From positions 3,392,001-3,456,000 of the forward strand of contig OY764216.1 of assembly GCA_963668315.1 (NCBI GenBank): a stretch of DNA of 64,000 nucleotides, given 5' to 3'. Below the pieces are notes generated by a model, which saw nothing but the letters and a program-made list of their open reading frames with translations, did no database searches and was not told the origin of the DNA. Positions 9,248-19,612 of this stretch are shown here, one piece after another; position 1 is the first letter of the stretch, and each line of letters begins with the position of its first letter. This stretch comes from Spirochaetia bacterium. Its GTDB lineage: Bacteria > Spirochaetota > Spirochaetia > DSM-2461. Made by a program: the position numbers and the translations under genes.

Positions 9248-10246
9248 CTACTCCAATCGGCCCCAATTCTCCCCATCAAAGAAAATAGCATACTCCCAAT
9301 TCTTCTCACCCCTCGAAACAGTAAGCTTCCAGAAACTCGTCTGAGTCCCCAGATACTCCAGAACTCGCAGTTGTTTCTCTGTCGGGGCAATGATCGATTT
9401 CAGCTCGCCGGGAGTGATCTCCCGTGATGCCCGGGCATCCAGGATATTCTGTGCCTTAAGAAGGCTATTGTTTATGGGATCTTCCTTGTAAGGATAAGAG
9501 AGAAGGCACTTGAGCAGGAAAGGATCTATGTAATGAACGTTCATCTGGGGCATGGCGGTAATAACAGGGATGACATCCTTCTCTCCCATGCCCAGGAGCG
9601 GGGGAAGCTCTTCCCTGTCCCATAATTTGAACTCCTTTAAACCCTGCTGGATTTTATCATGGAAGATCTGTGCGCCTCCCTCGCCATGGCGGATTGTATA
9701 AATCTCGACAAGAGATTCTTCATAGGTGACATTCACATTGGCCAGACTATGCAGGGTAAAGAAACGGGTCAGATTCTCTTCGCCGAAGGTCTCCGTCCAG
9801 ACGGCTAGATTCGTTGTGAATCCTTCTTCTCTCCTCCGTGCCTGAATGCTGTCGGGATGCTCCCCGGAGATAATGAGACGGCTCAGATCGGTTTCTTCGA
9901 AGAGCTTTGTTCTCATCCAGTTGATGTTCAGACGGCTGGAGATATCTTTCAATTTAAGGGTGTATGGTGAGTGATCGGCGTTGATGAAATCCCATACAGG
10001 ATCTTCCTGTGAATGGGACTCCGGAGTCGTATCTTCCTCTAAAGCATCGATGGTCTGCTCTACAAGAAGGTCCCTCTCCCGTTCCCCGTTGATTTGTGTC
10101 GTCAGATTCTCGGTTCTTAATAGGGAGGTTTTGGCGATAAGTGATACGGCTAGAAAGAGACTACTAATAATCAGAATGACGACGAGAACGGTAACAGAAC
10201 TGTTGCCCCGATCCTCTTTGATGATCCTCCTGAGCATATCTCTCAT
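9248..10246 (-). CDS. GspK-like minor pseudopilin
   Basis: Basic leader DRG followed by a hydrophobic helix; DISSRLNIN and NVN motifs typical of GspK; last gene of the gsp cluster. Confidence 0.65.
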   Translation of the reverse strand: MRDMLRRIIKEDRGNSSVTVLVVILIISSLFLAVSLIAKTSLLRTENLTTQINGERERDLLVEQTIDALEEDTTPESHSQEDPVWDFINADHSPYTLKLKDISSRLNINWMRTKLFEETDLSRLIISGEHPDSIQARRREEGFTTNLAVWTETFGEENLTRFFTLHSLANVNVTYEESLVEIYTIRHGEGGAQIFHDKIQQGLKEFKLWDREELPPLLGMGEKDVIPVITAMPQMNVHYIDPFLLKCLLSYPYKEDPINNSLLKAQNILDARASREITPGELKSIIAPTEKQLRVLEYLGTQTSFWKLTVSRGEKNWEYAIFFDGENWGRLE

Positions 10247-10752
10247 GAATCCCCCTCCCTGCCGATCACCGATGAACCGAGGGGAAAAAGCAACTGCCTC
10301 TCATCAAGGATGAGGGTGAAGAAGTAACGTCCATCCTTTCTGCTGCTAATCCATTCCGCACGTGTCTTACCGGGTGAGGGTATCGTTACAAGAAGCTCTT
10401 CGTTCAGGAAGAACGAAATCATTTCTTCTTCAAATCCGATTACCAAATGATCCTCTTCCATACCCTTATACCAGGGGAAATCCCAGGTGTTTCCCTTCTG
10501 CTCCGGCTCATACTCCGGAAGCCACCAGGGAGGCCGGACATCACCTAGAAAGCGGCGGAACGCATCGGCGGCCATGAGTTCCCTGTTATGCTCCGTGAAG
10601 GCTGTCAGATCCTGCTTCATGCCGGGGATGAGGGACGTACTCAGACGGAACAGGGAGATCATCAGGAGGGAGAGGAGAATTAGACTGACAATGGTTTCGA
10701 CAAAGGTGACACCCCTTTCGTCAGTCAGTTTTTTCCAGAATCTGTTCTTCAT
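10243..10752 (-). CDS. Minor pseudopilin (GspJ-like)
   Basis: Prepilin motif ERG|VTFVETIVSLILL with E at +5. Confidence 0.7.
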   Translation of the reverse strand: MKNRFWKKLTDERGVTFVETIVSLILLSLLMISLFRLSTSLIPGMKQDLTAFTEHNRELMAADAFRRFLGDVRPPWWLPEYEPEQKGNTWDFPWYKGMEEDHLVIGFEEEMISFFLNEELLVTIPSPGKTRAEWISSRKDGRYFFTLILDERQLLFPLGSSVIGREGDS

Positions 10753-10921
10753 AGTCGGTCCAGGCCTGGTGATAGGCGGTCATTGTTTTTACCCGGGCAT
10801 TTTTCAGGGTCGTACCAGCGGAAAAGAGAGTTATAGCTGTAAGGGAAATGATCGTCAATGCTACGAGCAAATCCACATAGAGATAGCCCTGATCACCAGC
10901 TAGTAATGTCCTCAGCTTCAC
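10721..10921 (-). CDS. Small minor pseudopilin (GspH/I-like), probable GTG start at 10921
   Basis: DQG|YLYVDLLVALTIISL; GGAGGAG upstream of the GTG; the longer ORF start overlaps gspG. Confidence 0.55.
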   Translation of the reverse strand: MKLRTLLAGDQGYLYVDLLVALTIISLTAITLFSAGTTLKNARVKTMTAYHQAWTDYEEQILEKTD

Positions 10922-11369
10922 CTTCTCCTCCTTCCAGGCCATCCGATCCATAGGAAATAATTCCAAAGGGCTGACCTGAGGGACCGGGAACCTGATAGAG
11001 GTAGTCCTTGCCCCAGGGATCCTGAGTGATCTTCCGGGTGATGTAAGGGCCATTCCAACCGGCGGGCTGGGGATCGGAGCTGGGTTTTTCAGAAAGTGCC
11101 TGCAGCCCCTGCTGTTCTGTGGGGTAGGACCCGCAGTCCAGAAAGTACGTGGTCAGGGCCAGGGAGGCATTCTCAATTTCCGTTTGTGCCTTAACCCGTT
11201 TCGCCTTGCCTACCTGTTTGAACGCGGTGAGGCCGACCATCGCCGTCAGCATAAGGGCTATAGCTATGACAATAAGGGTTTCCACGAAGGTCCACCCCCG
11301 GTCATCCTTCAACTTCCTGTAGATTTTCTTCAACAGGGGTTTCATATTCTTAATACGTTTATTCTTCAT
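10893..11369 (-). CDS. gspG: Type II secretion major pseudopilin
   Basis: DRG|WTFVETLIV; YPTEQQGLQAL, WNGPY, DPWGKDYLY, SYGSDG...DITSW. Confidence 0.92.
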   Translation of the reverse strand: MKNKRIKNMKPLLKKIYRKLKDDRGWTFVETLIVIAIALMLTAMVGLTAFKQVGKAKRVKAQTEIENASLALTTYFLDCGSYPTEQQGLQALSEKPSSDPQPAGWNGPYITRKITQDPWGKDYLYQVPGPSGQPFGIISYGSDGLEGGEGEAEDITSW

Positions 11370-12090
11370 TGGTCTTCCGTCCTTTTTCTATCTGGTCTGC
11401 CAGCAGAGCTATCCGTTCCTTAATATCATCGGAAGGTCTTTGGGCCATAATCTTTCCTAAAACGATATAAGCTTCATCCCGTTTATTCCTGTCATATTGG
11501 AGAAGATCCGCATAGAAGAGGAGAACCTCCCCCGGCATCGTCTCTCCGTTTCCTGTTTTCAGGATTTCCTCCGCCTCTTCCGATTCGCCCTGCTTCCAGA
11601 GAATAATCGCTCTGAGAAAGAGCCTCTCCCAATCCTCTTCCCCAATGCTGAACGCCCTGTCCAGGTAGGAAAGAGCCTTCTCCCACTCCCCCTTATCCAT
11701 GGACTTTCGGCTCAGACGGACAAGCTGGTCCTCCGAAAAGAGACGGCCGTACAGGGCCTGCCCCTCGTTGTCATAGGGGAAATCAAAGCTTACCGTCTCA
11801 TAGCCTTCTTTGGACAGGGTCACCTCATACTGCTCGAAGGGCAGATCCGGAAAGATCGCTTTGCCCGTAACATCGGTCTTGGCTCTGTATTCCTTCCCTT
11901 GGGAATTGGTCATTTCCACCATAACCGAAGAGCAGGCCCTGTTCTCACCATTAAAAACCTTGGCCATCAGGGAAAAGGAGTCAAGTTTCTGCCTTCTGAG
12001 AAGCATACCGTCCGTACGGCAGGACATGAGAAATAATGTCAGGAAGAGGGACATGATAAGTCCCGTTCGTTTCATTCCGTATTGATTCAT
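11359..12090 (-). CDS. Lipoprotein with carboxypeptidase-regulatory-like beta domain and TPR-like helices
   Basis: Lipobox FLMSC; TDVTGKAIFPDL...YEVTLSKEGYE; C-terminal TPR-like pattern. Confidence 0.65.
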   Translation of the reverse strand: MNQYGMKRTGLIMSLFLTLFLMSCRTDGMLLRRQKLDSFSLMAKVFNGENRACSSVMVEMTNSQGKEYRAKTDVTGKAIFPDLPFEQYEVTLSKEGYETVSFDFPYDNEGQALYGRLFSEDQLVRLSRKSMDKGEWEKALSYLDRAFSIGEEDWERLFLRAIILWKQGESEEAEEILKTGNGETMPGEVLLFYADLLQYDRNKRDEAYIVLGKIMAQRPSDDIKERIALLADQIEKGRKTNEE

Positions 12091-12974
12091 GGGTTAACCT
12101 CATATAATCTGTTGTTATTTTCCAAAAGGTAGATCCGGTCTGTCTTCTCTTTCAGTTTCCATTCCGATTGATTCGGGTTCTCCAGGGAAAGGGAGAAGAC
12201 CCGTCCGTTTCGATTATCCTTGAAATAGAGGAGTTTGTCTTTACCGTCGGGGGACACCTTTCCCACAAAGCTGATGGACGACCGATCTACTGTAGGCTCA
12301 GGTATCATTATCGGTGCTGGTTCAGGACTCACAACTGTACTCTTCACGGCAACAGTTTTTAAGGGGAAGATGCGGGAAAGTAGATTTACGGGGATATTCC
12401 TATTAAGAGAAAGGGGAGGGGATATTTCATCACTATCGGAATATGCGTTTTCAAGAAAATCCTTCCACTCCTCTTGGAACTCCTTTGGAAGGGAGAGGGG
12501 GGTGATCCTGAGTGAGATTCTCGCCGGCGGATTTTGAATATCCAGGGAGAAGGAATCGATTCTCATATATCCCTTCTCCTGATCCTGAAGAAAGGTGAGA
12601 ATCTGATAGGGTTCACCTTCCAGATGGAATTCGATGGAATGGTTATCGCCCGATGTGATCTCCTGGTAGCGAGACACCTTCAATCCCAATGCTTCAAAGC
12701 GTTCCTTTATCTCCTGACCGAAGGGATAAAGGAGGATTTGCTGATTCTGACTTTGATAGAGGCGCATGGCTTCCATGCGGTCCTGGTCATCCTCTGCTAT
12801 GGCGCTCGACTGCTGTTCCTGTAAGCGTTCAACCTGACTGCGGCTCAAACGGATCTTCTCAAGGAGATCCTCCCTTTTGCCGGCCCAGAGATCATGGATG
12901 GCCATGAGGAGGAAGATGAAGGTGAGAAGGCCTAAAATGGACAGGAGAATCTTTCGTTCCCTCGTCATTTCCAC
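12087..12974 (-). CDS. GspM/PilO-like inner-membrane platform protein
   Basis: MTRERKILL, then a TM helix and coiled coil; position in the gsp operon. Confidence 0.5.
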   Translation of the reverse strand: MEMTRERKILLSILGLLTFIFLLMAIHDLWAGKREDLLEKIRLSRSQVERLQEQQSSAIAEDDQDRMEAMRLYQSQNQQILLYPFGQEIKERFEALGLKVSRYQEITSGDNHSIEFHLEGEPYQILTFLQDQEKGYMRIDSFSLDIQNPPARISLRITPLSLPKEFQEEWKDFLENAYSDSDEISPPLSLNRNIPVNLLSRIFPLKTVAVKSTVVSPEPAPIMIPEPTVDRSSISFVGKVSPDGKDKLLYFKDNRNGRVFSLSLENPNQSEWKLKEKTDRIYLLENNNRLYEVNP

Positions 12975-13957
12975 CTTCCCGACAGATTAAAGAGCTCCAG
13001 ACTCTCCTGCTCCCGGCTCTGGTACAGTGTTATCCGTTCAATCTCGGGTACTGTACGCAGTTTCTCCAGAATGTTCAGGGGATCCTTTCCCCGGGCTTGA
13101 ATCTGGAAGTCCTGCCCTTGAAAGGAGAGGTTCAGGATTGTCGCCTTACCGGAAAAATAGGGGTAGAGAATCTCCAAGCGTCCATACAGGTCGGATGGAC
13201 TGTTTTCCTCCAGTATCTTCCGGATCTCTTTCCAGGGGATGTTGCCATCCTGGCCGATTCTTTGACTGAGAAGCTCTGAACGGACGTTTTTCCACTCCTC
13301 GTACTGATTAAGAAGTTCCCTGCTCTCCTGCCATTGGAAAAAGAAAGAGGCGAGCGGGATGAGGGGAAGGAGTGCCAGAAGAAGTTTCAAACGGCCTTTT
13401 TTGTTCTCCTTTCTCGCAAAGAGGGAGGGGAGGTTCGTCTCAAGTTCGAACAGCCGGGGGCGGGCCGATTCTCCCAGAAACTCCTTGACGAGAATGGGCA
13501 TGTCCGACTCTTCTGCCAAATGGATTCCATGATCCAGTCTGCTTCCATTACAGAAAAACAAATCGTATCCCGATCCGGCACTGAACTGATAGACTTCTTT
13601 TCCTTCTCCCAGGGGAAGGGAGAGGGCGGGGGAGAGCAAGATCGCATCCTTACCCCAGTCCCGGCGGATCCTTTCTATAATCTCTCTCTTGATGAGAAAG
13701 ACGTAGGTCGCCTGGCCCAAATGCCGACTGTTCCATTCCCACTCTTCCAGGGAATCGGGGAAATGGGTGGGCAGGGTCCTTTGTATCAATAGGTCCCGAT
13801 CCTCCTTCTTCAACGGGGGGATATCCAGAGAAATGACGGGGCAGATGTTCTGGTTCAGGCAGACTTGACTTTTATGGGAAGAGTTCGGCTTGATTTCCAC
13901 TCCTTCCCTGTTCACGTACCGGGGCTCTCCGGCGTTGAGAGAGGCATAGACCGTCAT
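12965..13957 (-). CDS. GspL/PilN-like inner-membrane platform protein
   Basis: Cytoplasmic N-domain, central TM helix, PilN-like C-domain; follows gspF. Confidence 0.5.
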   Translation of the reverse strand: MTVYASLNAGEPRYVNREGVEIKPNSSHKSQVCLNQNICPVISLDIPPLKKEDRDLLIQRTLPTHFPDSLEEWEWNSRHLGQATYVFLIKREIIERIRRDWGKDAILLSPALSLPLGEGKEVYQFSAGSGYDLFFCNGSRLDHGIHLAEESDMPILVKEFLGESARPRLFELETNLPSLFARKENKKGRLKLLLALLPLIPLASFFFQWQESRELLNQYEEWKNVRSELLSQRIGQDGNIPWKEIRKILEENSPSDLYGRLEILYPYFSGKATILNLSFQGQDFQIQARGKDPLNILEKLRTVPEIERITLYQSREQESLELFNLSGRWK

Positions 13958-15144
13958 GCCATCCCTCCATACATGGTCAATAAGGGGAGTATGATATTCA
14001 ATATGATCGTAAGGAGTATAACACCCAGGAGGATAATGACGGCCGGTTCCACCAATGTCAGTATGTTGTTGAGGATCTTCTGCATCTCCATTTGATAATA
14101 ATCCTTAAGCTGCTTGAATACCTTATCCACAGTACCGATTCGTTCACCCAGGCCGATCCATTGGCTTAGTTCAGAAGGAAATGCGGTCTCCTCCGCTAGA
14201 AGAGCAGAGAGGGCATCACCCTTGAGCAAGCGGGATTGGAGCGTTAAGAGACGCTCCCGCAGATAACTGTTCTCAAGAACATCGGCTGACTGGAGAAGAC
14301 TGTCTTCCAGAGTAACGCCGCATCCTGTCAGTATGGAAAGGGCAAAGGAAAGGGAGAGCATATCCCGGGTGAGGAAAAATTTCCTTACCAGGGGAATCAT
14401 CAGAATCAAACGGTCCGTCAGGAGTCGGAAGGTGGTATATTTTCTTTTGAGGAAGCCAAGGACAACCGATCCGAGGGGAATCAGAACGATCAATCCACCA
14501 AACAGGGCGATAAGGATTCTGGCGGATGTCATGGCCCTGTTCAGGTTTTGCTCCGAGGTTCCTCCCGCCATTTGTGTCAGGTTTTCCATCTGGGGGAGAA
14601 AGAAGAAGAGGAGCGCCGTTACGCCGATAAAAACCATGGATAGAACCAGGGCAGGGTAGATCAGGGCTCCGGTCACCCTATCCTTCAGTTCCTTTCTCTC
14701 TTTGAGCCATTGGGCGAGGGGCGTGAGGATTCTATCCAGCTGTCCCAGCCGTTGTCCGACCCGGATCATTCCCAGATAAAGGGGAGGGAAGAGATTCTCC
14801 TGGGAGGCAATCGCCTGGGCAAAGGAATCGCCCCTTTGGAGCTGTCGATTGAGCTGCTCCACGAGTAGGGCCGTTTTCCCTTTGGTGAATAACTTCTGGG
14901 CCACTTCGAAGGCTTCCTTGAGACTGAGTCCGGACTGAATCATCATTCCCAGGGATTGGGTCAGCTCCAGAATGGCCTTCTGATGACCGCCCCTTAACCG
15001 TTTCCCGCTCTTCTCTTCCTCCCAATCCAGAAGATAATATCCCTGATCCTTAATCCGCGCTTCCATTTCATCCTGGGAATCGGCCTGGATTTTCTTTTTG
15101 AGGATTTTTCCCTGACTATCGGAGAGACGGCACTGAAATATCAC
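13954..15144 (-). CDS. gspF: Type II secretion inner-membrane protein F
   Basis: Two T2SSF domains: QSGLSL, GDSFAQA, FPPLYLGMIRVG, ALIYP, GERIG, LVEP. Confidence 0.92.
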   Translation of the reverse strand: MIFQCRLSDSQGKILKKKIQADSQDEMEARIKDQGYYLLDWEEEKSGKRLRGGHQKAILELTQSLGMMIQSGLSLKEAFEVAQKLFTKGKTALLVEQLNRQLQRGDSFAQAIASQENLFPPLYLGMIRVGQRLGQLDRILTPLAQWLKERKELKDRVTGALIYPALVLSMVFIGVTALLFFFLPQMENLTQMAGGTSEQNLNRAMTSARILIALFGGLIVLIPLGSVVLGFLKRKYTTFRLLTDRLILMIPLVRKFFLTRDMLSLSFALSILTGCGVTLEDSLLQSADVLENSYLRERLLTLQSRLLKGDALSALLAEETAFPSELSQWIGLGERIGTVDKVFKQLKDYYQMEMQKILNNILTLVEPAVIILLGVILLTIILNIILPLLTMYGGMA

Positions 15145-16601
15145 AGATAAACGGCTCCCTCTATTTCCTTAAGAGTTGTCTCTCCGGTCGCGGCATATTG
15201 CAGCCCTTGAATGATCAGGGAGGTGAAATCTTCTTTATCAAGATAGTCTCTCAGGTCCGAGACCGAGCCGCCTTTGCTTATCATCTCTTCCAGGGAGGGA
15301 TCGGAGATAATGATCTCCCCCACGGCCATACGGCCTTGATAGCCGGTCTGAGAACATTCCGGGCAACCCTGCGGTTCAAAGAGGGCAGTGGGAACGGCTA
15401 GGCCATAGGCTTTGAAAATCCCCTGCTCCGCCGGAAGAAGGGAGCGCCGGTTCCGGCAGGAGGGACAAAGCCGTCTGACGAGGCGTTGAGCCAAAGCCCC
15501 TTTCAGTACCGATGCGAGCAGATAGGGTTCCACTCCCATATCGATGAGACGGGGGATAACGGAAACCGCATCGTTCGTATGGAGTGTGGAAAGGACCAGG
15601 TGCCCGGTCAATGCTGCCCTCACGGCCAGCTCCGCCGTCTCCCCATCCCGGATCTCTCCCACCATGATGATATTCGGGTCCTGCCTTAACACGCGGCGGA
15701 GGAGAGTTCCAAAGGTTAAGCCGATATCGCTGTTCGTCTGAATCTGGTCGATTCCGTCTATAACGAATTCGATAGGGTCTTCAATGGTGATGATCTTCTT
15801 CTCATCGGAAGCCATCTCCCGCAGAAGACCATTCAGGGTCGTTGTCTTTCCGCTACCTGTGGGCCCGGTCACCAGGATGAGGCCGTGGGGATTCTTAATC
15901 AGCTTTCTCAATGAATCCAGCTGACCCTTTTCGAATCCCAGGTCTTCCAGGGTATTCCGGTTATCCCTTCTGTTCAGCAATCTGAGAACAATGCTCTCGC
16001 CCTCCCGGGCTATGGGCACAATCGACACCCGGAGATCGACCGTCTCTTCTCCCGTTTCCACGGATATTCTACCGTCCTGAGGAAGACGCCGTTCCATAAT
16101 ATTCAGATTGGCCATGATCTTGATACGGGAGGTGAGGGCGTTGAAATGTTCCCGGGGGATGGACCGTACCTTGGTCAGTACCCCGTCTATGCGGAACCGT
16201 ACCGAAACTTCCCGGCTGAAGGCTTCGATATGAATATCCGAAGCCTTCCTGTTCAGAGCTTCCAGGATGAGGGAGTTGACCAGGTTGATCATGGGAGCGT
16301 CCCCCTCCAGCTTCTCTATATCCAGGGAGTCCAGTCTTTCGGAAGAAGCGGAACTGTCCTTTACGGAGTATTTGTCGGCCAAATAGATGGAGAGCTCCCT
16401 CTTGTCAATGAGGACGAAGGCGAGCTTCTTATCGGGGAGATGGTTCTTCAGACGCGTTTTGAGGAGTTGGCTGTCAGCCGTTATTCCCAGAGTATAATCG
16501 ACCCCCTCAGCTTTGAGAAGGAGAGCTCCCTGCTGCTTAATATATTCGGGGGAAAACTGCTCCTTCTCGGGAAGGGGCAGCCATGATTTGAGGGAGGTCA
16601 T
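15141..16601 (-). CDS. gspE: Type II secretion ATPase E
   Basis: ASDIHIE, RRLPQDGR, GPTGSGKTTT, LRQDPNIIMVGEIRD, LSTLHTND, CxxC...CxxC. Confidence 0.95.
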   Translation of the reverse strand: MTSLKSWLPLPEKEQFSPEYIKQQGALLLKAEGVDYTLGITADSQLLKTRLKNHLPDKKLAFVLIDKRELSIYLADKYSVKDSSASSERLDSLDIEKLEGDAPMINLVNSLILEALNRKASDIHIEAFSREVSVRFRIDGVLTKVRSIPREHFNALTSRIKIMANLNIMERRLPQDGRISVETGEETVDLRVSIVPIAREGESIVLRLLNRRDNRNTLEDLGFEKGQLDSLRKLIKNPHGLILVTGPTGSGKTTTLNGLLREMASDEKKIITIEDPIEFVIDGIDQIQTNSDIGLTFGTLLRRVLRQDPNIIMVGEIRDGETAELAVRAALTGHLVLSTLHTNDAVSVIPRLIDMGVEPYLLASVLKGALAQRLVRRLCPSCRNRRSLLPAEQGIFKAYGLAVPTALFEPQGCPECSQTGYQGRMAVGEIIISDPSLEEMISKGGSVSDLRDYLDKEDFTSLIIQGLQYAATGETTLKEIEGAVYL

Positions 16602-18754
16602 TAGAGATCTCTCCGGCAGTAACGATAGTATGTATCGGAATATACCCTATCATGATTATCTAGAATATCCTCCTCCTTGTAGGGGATGAGAGTAATTATG
16701 AACTCCGTATTCTTCATGGTCTCGTTACGATTCTGAAAGAGATAACCCAGAAGGGGAATATCTCCCAGAATGGGTACCTCGTTTACAACTTCCATCGTTT
16801 CCCGCTGCTTGAGGCCGCTCAGTATAACCGGCTCTCCTGACTGACTGCGGATATGGGTTGTGACCACCTTTTCCGTCGTCGCCGGGACACTGGTATCGCT
16901 GTCGTCGCTAGAGGAGTTAGTCTCGCTAGAAATGGTTGTAGTCACTTCCATGGTAATCATTCCATCCCCGGAGACGGTACCTGTGATTTCTACTATAAGA
17001 CCGGAGGTGATTTCTGTATAACCGGTAACTTCCGTTTCCCCCGTATCGGAGTCAATGGTAGTTGTGGCGATGCGGGAGGTATTGGTATTCTGGAAGCTGA
17101 TTTCCTCTCCGGAAAGACCATGCAGGGTGGTATCGGCCAGAACCCGGGATTGGTTATTGGTCAATTCAAGGCTTAAACCGGCGGCGAATTGGTAACCGAA
17201 TTGGGAGACCACATCGAAATTCAATGAGGCCAGGCCTGCCAGCGCTCCCGTAAAGCCGGTACTGCTGTCATCAGAAGCAGATGAAGCTGTCAGGCTGCTA
17301 TCCAGATTCAACCCTTGATTCTCTTCTATCTGAAGAACCAGCACTTCGTAGCGAAGCTGAGGCATGGGCTTGTCCATGAGAAGGAGCTGCTCTTCGAATC
17401 TCTCCTTCTCTCCCCGAGTCCCCTGGAAAAAGAGAAGCGCCGGATCCTGGGTCTGTTTGATTTGATCTTTTTCCACATTGGGAGGGAGCAGATCCTGCAG
17501 TTCCTCCCATGTTAGATAGTGAAGCTGGATAGGAAAAACAGGAAGCACCGAATCTACCAGTGGGAGATAGGAAGCCAGTTCGCCATGTTTGCTCTCATTC
17601 AAGGAAGCCAGGAAACTTCGTTCCCCTATGGGGATCATGTTGATACCCATCATCTCCGGTCCCAATCTTTTAGTCAACTCATCCAGGGTAATGAATTGGA
17701 GATCGTAGCGTTTATAGGATTTTCCTTCTGACGGTTCATCCAGCTGTCTGATGAAGTCCTCCAAGGGGGCTATATCATCTAGGGTGCCGTTGAGAATAAC
17801 CGTATTTCTCTCTGAACTAATCTTCATGGCTCCCGAATTATTCAGGCTGGAGGGGATGAGGCTGGTCAATTTGTCCACATCAAGATTTTCCAATTCGATC
17901 TCTTCGGTGAGGAAATACCGTTTAAGAATATTCTGCCTGTCCAGATCGAAGATGTAATATACACCGCCCGCCTCCTGATAGGAGGCATTACCCTGTTCCA
18001 GAAGAAGATTCAGCATCTCTTCAAAGGAACGTCCCTTATGCCGGAATTGTTCGATGACATTATCATTGCGTCCCAGGAAAGAATACTCTATTCCTTCCGC
18101 ATCTAACAGATTCGTCAGTGCTTCCCGGAAACGGATTTGCTGGAAATCGGCCTCATAGCTCCGACCGTCCCGAGTAAAGAGCTCTCCCCCTCTGCTACTA
18201 CGTGATCCCCCCGATGAACTAACAGTCGCTTCCTTCCTCAAATAGAAATACCTATCACCCGATTCCAGATAGAACTGGTGATAGGGTTTTATAAGAATCT
18301 CTAGCAATTCCCCGATTGTGCCATTCTGATAATTAACGGAGATGGCATCCCGGGGGAGGGCGTCGTGCAGAATGGTTATCCCCAGATCACGGGATAATCG
18401 CTGAATGAGAAGTTGGAAGTCAACCTGTTCCGCCTGGCAGCTCACCGTACCATTGTCAAGATTGGTTTTAATTTTGCTAACGTAATAAACGCCCTTCTCA
18501 TATCGGTAATAAATCCCGTAATGGCTAAGAAATTGATCAAGAGCCGTATCAAGATCCATATCGGTAAAGTAGTAAGAGGCATAGCCGTCTACGGTCTCAT
18601 CCGAGATAATGGAGCGACCGGAAGTCTGGGCAAGAACCAAAAGAATATCACGGACTGGGCTATCATTGAATTCCATTTCGCTGATGTTTTGTGAAAAAAT
18701 ATTTATTTTAAATAGAAGAATTACTGTAAAAAGTAAAGCTAATTTACGGTACAA
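16601..18754 (-). CDS. gspD: Secretin (GspD-like)
   Basis: Signal peptide; N0-like domain; C-terminal secretin signature GEPVILSGL...VPILGDIPLLGYLF. Confidence 0.88.
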   Translation of the reverse strand: MYRKLALLFTVILLFKINIFSQNISEMEFNDSPVRDILLVLAQTSGRSIISDETVDGYASYYFTDMDLDTALDQFLSHYGIYYRYEKGVYYVSKIKTNLDNGTVSCQAEQVDFQLLIQRLSRDLGITILHDALPRDAISVNYQNGTIGELLEILIKPYHQFYLESGDRYFYLRKEATVSSSGGSRSSRGGELFTRDGRSYEADFQQIRFREALTNLLDAEGIEYSFLGRNDNVIEQFRHKGRSFEEMLNLLLEQGNASYQEAGGVYYIFDLDRQNILKRYFLTEEIELENLDVDKLTSLIPSSLNNSGAMKISSERNTVILNGTLDDIAPLEDFIRQLDEPSEGKSYKRYDLQFITLDELTKRLGPEMMGINMIPIGERSFLASLNESKHGELASYLPLVDSVLPVFPIQLHYLTWEELQDLLPPNVEKDQIKQTQDPALLFFQGTRGEKERFEEQLLLMDKPMPQLRYEVLVLQIEENQGLNLDSSLTASSASDDSSTGFTGALAGLASLNFDVVSQFGYQFAAGLSLELTNNQSRVLADTTLHGLSGEEISFQNTNTSRIATTTIDSDTGETEVTGYTEITSGLIVEITGTVSGDGMITMEVTTTISSETNSSSDDSDTSVPATTEKVVTTHIRSQSGEPVILSGLKQRETMEVVNEVPILGDIPLLGYLFQNRNETMKNTEFIITLIPYKEEDILDNHDRVYSDTYYRYCRRDL

Positions 18755-19196
18755 AGAGACCCTCCGTTTTTAACCATAACGCTAATATAGCACCAAATGA
18801 GAGAAATGGGGCAAAGGGAATAGGCGTTTTTCTGGTCCATTTGTTTTTTTTAAAAAATATGAGCGCGAGGACTAATCCGGAGAGGGAAGCAATGAGTAGG
18901 GAAATGAACCAGTAATAGAGTCCCAGCGTGCCAGAGGTGATGAGGGTGAATTTGGCATCGCCCATACCAATTTTACCTTTTGTGATAAGAGATAATAAAA
19001 TCATGATGATTAACGCAATAATAGAAGGTAATATGGAAATATTTAATCTGCTGTTATTTATGGAAATATTAAGTGTTAGTAAGATGAAAAAGCCAAAAAA
19101 AGTGAGGCTATTCGGTATCTTGAATTTTGATATATCAAAATATGAAGCCAGAAAAAGGAGAAGAAACCATGAAATATAAAAAACGAGTTTTATCAT
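18744..19196 (-). CDS. Prepilin peptidase (A24), short form
   Basis: FDISKFKIPN, GMGDAK, IPFAPFL. Confidence 0.88.
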   Translation of the reverse strand: MIKLVFYISWFLLLFLASYFDISKFKIPNSLTFFGFFILLTLNISINNSRLNISILPSIIALIIMILLSLITKGKIGMGDAKFTLITSGTLGLYYWFISLLIASLSGLVLALIFFKKNKWTRKTPIPFAPFLSFGAILALWLKTEGLFVP

Positions 19197-19612
19197 ATTG
19201 TTCTATTCTTAACTTGGGATAGAATTGTCAAGATACATTATTAATATATTAGTGAGATTGTAAGATCAATATCAAAAACATAAATCTTCAGGTAATCAGA
19301 AAATTTTTTTCCGATTTGACCATTTTGTGAAAATTATGTGTTGAAAAAAATGAATAATGCGATATTTTAACGGGAAAATACAATAAATAGTTATATATAT
19401 GTCAATTGTGCAGATACTCAGAGTTTATTGATTTTATTGTATGAAATTATTCGTAGAATTGTTATTTATTAATGATAGATGTGGATGGATAATACTGTGT
19501 GATCATAATAAAGAAATTAAGAATTTATAGATGATTTTTGATGATCCTATTTCAATTGTTTAAGTGATTGTACATTAACAATACAGTTGTATAAATACCA
19601 TGAGGGGTGTTA